The notes below the pieces were generated by a model. It did no database searches, was not told where the DNA came from, and was given only the letters and a program-made list of their open reading frames with translations. The position numbers and the translations under genes were made by a program. Shown here in pieces: positions 61,570 through 64,000 of a stretch of 64,000 bases of DNA (positions within the stretch are counted from its first letter, which is position 1; each line of letters begins with the position of its first letter). Source of the stretch: Candidatus Tenderia sp. (GTDB lineage Bacteria > Pseudomonadota > Gammaproteobacteria > Tenderiales > Tenderiaceae); contig JANOSY010000002.1 in assembly GCA_031416075.1 (NCBI GenBank), positions 1 through 64,000 on the forward strand, given 5' to 3'.

Positions 61570-62993
61570 AGTATCGGGCTACTCTGTTTGGTTGAATCCT
61601 GTTCTTTATGCAGTGCGCGGAGGATGACCCCGTTGGGCTGCTGAATCAGTGTTTCAATATCCTTATTCAGCGTGGAGACCTGATCCCGGAACTGCTTGTG
61701 TTTGGGGTCAAACGGGTCAAAGACAATAAAGTCGATGGTGCCAATATTTTTCAGTAGCTCCTCAGCGGTGTCGAAGTTCGGCGGTAGTGGAAATACCGGG
61801 CGTTTGAGCGCCAACATGGTGCGTGCAGGCCACTGGCTGATGGTGTAAAAGTCATCTTTGATCTCTTCGGTTTCAATCGCCAGAGAGCGGATAATGTCGT
61901 CGTGCGGTTCAAGAGTATTGTTGATAACGCCGCTGCGGTAACTGCGATCACCCATCATAAACAGTGTCGCCACAATAAAAACGGCGGCCATCACAATGCC
62001 CCGTTGCCCGGCAAAACCCTGGCCGCCAAGTTTGTCATTGGCAGCAATCAGCAGCTGTACGCCGTAGTATAACGTCAATGCCAGCACAATCAGTGCCCAG
62101 CTGTAGTCAGCCGCAACCAATCCCACAAGCGTGGCCAGCAGAAGCATTCTTGGCAAAAAATTGGATACCAGCTGTCGGCGCTGGAAAAAAACAACAGCAC
62201 ATACTAGCAGGGCAGGCATAATGCCGGAGACCCACTCAACGGGTTCGGGGTCTCCAGGTGTTTTGCCCAAGGATGCCGCACCCAGTGTAGTGAGTGGGTT
62301 GAGCAGCCACTCCAGTGCCGGCCTGCCCAATAGATAACTAAAGAGCAATGTAAAGATTACCGTCAATGCAATTCCGATGTGAAACTGACGTTGCTGGGTG
62401 GTACTGATGGGATTGGTACGCCACTCCCAAGCAAGGGCCAAAGGATAGGCGAGTCCAGCAGGGTGGATGCTAACCAATGTAAGAACCAGCAGAAGCTGAC
62501 AGAAATACCAGCCACTTAGCGGTTTGCCAGAGGTGCGGTACTTATTGTTGAGCCAAAAACCGACCGCAAAACCGAGTAGTAAAAAGGGACCGGCACCCAC
62601 GGAGTTTATTTGCATCAATGACAGCGGAGCGATCAGCAACAGCCCCGATGCGATGAGTGCGGCCTCGCCATCTTGATGCTGCTTGCTCCAGCGGTAGAGC
62701 AGTGTGGTCGCTGCAAACAGCACCGCCAACATAAAGACCTTGACAGCTATAAAGCTCCCAGTCCAGTAGGCACCCAGCGGCAAAAATAACAGCGCGCGCA
62801 AGTCAGGTACTCCCAAGGTGACAATGGGATTCACCACGCGGTCAGAAACACTCCAGTTTGATAATAATGCACGTGCCGCAGACTCATCGATGCCATATGC
62901 ATCAAAGCGCAATAGGTTAAAGCCAAGCGCCAGCCCCCCCCAAACCAACAGGACAGCTACACCCCAATAACGATAAAGCCTTGAAACATCCAT
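61566..62993 (-). CDS. polytopic membrane protein, possibly GT-C-like
   Basis: Many TM segments, acidic DE in the first loop (YGIDES), soluble C-terminal domain. Confidence 0.6.
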   Translation of the reverse strand: MDVSRLYRYWGVAVLLVWGGLALGFNLLRFDAYGIDESAARALLSNWSVSDRVVNPIVTLGVPDLRALLFLPLGAYWTGSFIAVKVFMLAVLFAATTLLYRWSKQHQDGEAALIASGLLLIAPLSLMQINSVGAGPFLLLGFAVGFWLNNKYRTSGKPLSGWYFCQLLLVLTLVSIHPAGLAYPLALAWEWRTNPISTTQQRQFHIGIALTVIFTLLFSYLLGRPALEWLLNPLTTLGAASLGKTPGDPEPVEWVSGIMPALLVCAVVFFQRRQLVSNFLPRMLLLATLVGLVAADYSWALIVLALTLYYGVQLLIAANDKLGGQGFAGQRGIVMAAVFIVATLFMMGDRSYRSGVINNTLEPHDDIIRSLAIETEEIKDDFYTISQWPARTMLALKRPVFPLPPNFDTAEELLKNIGTIDFIVFDPFDPKHKQFRDQVSTLNKDIETLIQQPNGVILRALHKEQDSTKQSSPIL

Positions 62994-63287
62994 TATTATC
63001 TCTCTGTCTAGAGGATTGATAGCACACAAAAAATCAAGCGCAGGATCATAACGTAAATCAATAGTCGCTGCACCCCGATCAGACTATTAATAATGGTGCG
63101 CTGATGTGGTAGGATGTCGCCAGCAAAAATAATCGGCAGGGGTAGTGCCCTATCTGTGTGTCTCGCTGGCTGTAGTGCTTGCATTAAAGTTTGTGGTCAT
63201 GCTATATATCCGGTTTAGCAATGAAATGTTGTTAATAATATAAAATAGATTAGATGGTTGGTTCGTTAATTTTAAGGGGAGGCAAAC

Positions 63288-63380
63288 ATGGTAGAAACAG
63301 GTGATGTGATCACGTTATATGTGATTTGGTTTGTATTTGCATTTGCGTTGGCTGGGTTTGTTCTTAAAAAGAATTCCTGA
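63288..63380 (+). CDS. putative 30-aa single-pass membrane peptide
   Basis: GGGGAGG RBS 6 nt before ATG; MVETGDVITLYVIWFVFAFALAGFVLKKNS. Confidence 0.5.
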   Translation: MVETGDVITLYVIWFVFAFALAGFVLKKNS

Positions 63381-63522
63381 AATTTTGGCATAGTGCCTGG
63401 ATGTTAGGAAAGTTAGATAAATGGGGATTTAGGGTGTTCTTGACGTGGCTCTGTGCGTGGGTGTAGTGTTCGGTGCCAAGAACTACTTGAAGAAAGATAA
63501 GAAATGGGAGGGCGTCTTTGTT

Positions 63523-64000
63523 ATGCGCAATTATTTGATTAAGTTGGGGTCGGCTTCAGTGGTCGCTCTGTCGATGATGTTGGCTCCATTGGCACATGCA
63601 AGCGGTAACGCTGGCAATATTGACCGCGTTAATGGAAAGTCAATTTTTGAAAAGGGTAAAGGGGATGTGCCGGCGTGTAACTCATGCCACGGTGCTGATG
63701 GTATGGGCAACGATGATATGGGCACGCCTCGGCTAGCCGGTCAGATTTACGTATTTCTGGTTAAGCAGTTGCACGATTTCGCCACTGATAAACGCCAAGA
63801 CACTACCATGTACGTCATGAACGCTAACGCAAAAGGGCTGAGTGAACAGGATCGTCGTGATGTTGCGGGCTACCTTAATTCGCTGGGCCGTGCTTTCGAA
63901 GGTAAGCACTTGCAAGAGACCTCTGGTGGTTCCGATATGGCTGCTCTAAAAGAGTCAGGCACCGAGGTTGGCAAGAGTCATCTTGGAAAAGTGATAGTTA
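63523..64000 (+). CDS. cytochrome c4-like protein (partial, runs off window)
   Basis: Signal peptide ending LAHA; PACNSCHG, PRLAGQ and KQLHDF motifs; frame continues past the first domain. Confidence 0.88.
   Translation, partial: MRNYLIKLGSASVVALSMMLAPLAHASGNAGNIDRVNGKSIFEKGKGDVPACNSCHGADGMGNDDMGTPRLAGQIYVFLVKQLHDFATDKRQDTTMYVMNANAKGLSEQDRRDVAGYLNSLGRAFEGKHLQETSGGSDMAALKESGTEVGKSHLGKVIV

Overview
Chromosomal window from a gammaproteobacterium, judged from gene order. Cytochrome c8 and c4 genes would fit a chemolithotroph, but that is inference. The backbone is ordinary housekeeping: recO-pdxJ-acpS, bcp, a ChbG/GtrA/GT2 cluster, trhP(yegQ)-rdgB-rph, yicC, gmk-rpoZ-spoT-ridA-recG-ubiC-ubiA, kdsD-kdsC-lptCAB-rpoN-ptsN-hprK-rapZ-EIIA-HPr-ptsI-mgtE, a Gld-like ABC system, mutM, and the start of a cytochrome c4. 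Accessory DNA is interleaved. The best candidate for an undescribed system is a ~10 kb insert between yicC and gmk. It encodes two lipoproteins, one of them a ~950 aa Ig-repeat stalk ending in a class I cytochrome c (CLACH...PMPP), followed by a CsgG/GNA1162/FlgT-like envelope trio and a LuxR-type regulator with a sigma54-like promoter. Other notable signals: a 26-bp hairpin micro-insertion that interrupts an IS30 transposase and recurs inside a MITE; a MITE-bounded 2.15 kb cargo unit; several REP/REPIN families, two of them translated into protein C-termini; a catalase-fold lipoprotein lacking the distal His/Asn; a beta-barrel plus giant lipoprotein pair; and several gene remnants. All calls come from reading the sequence by eye. 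No database searches were run.
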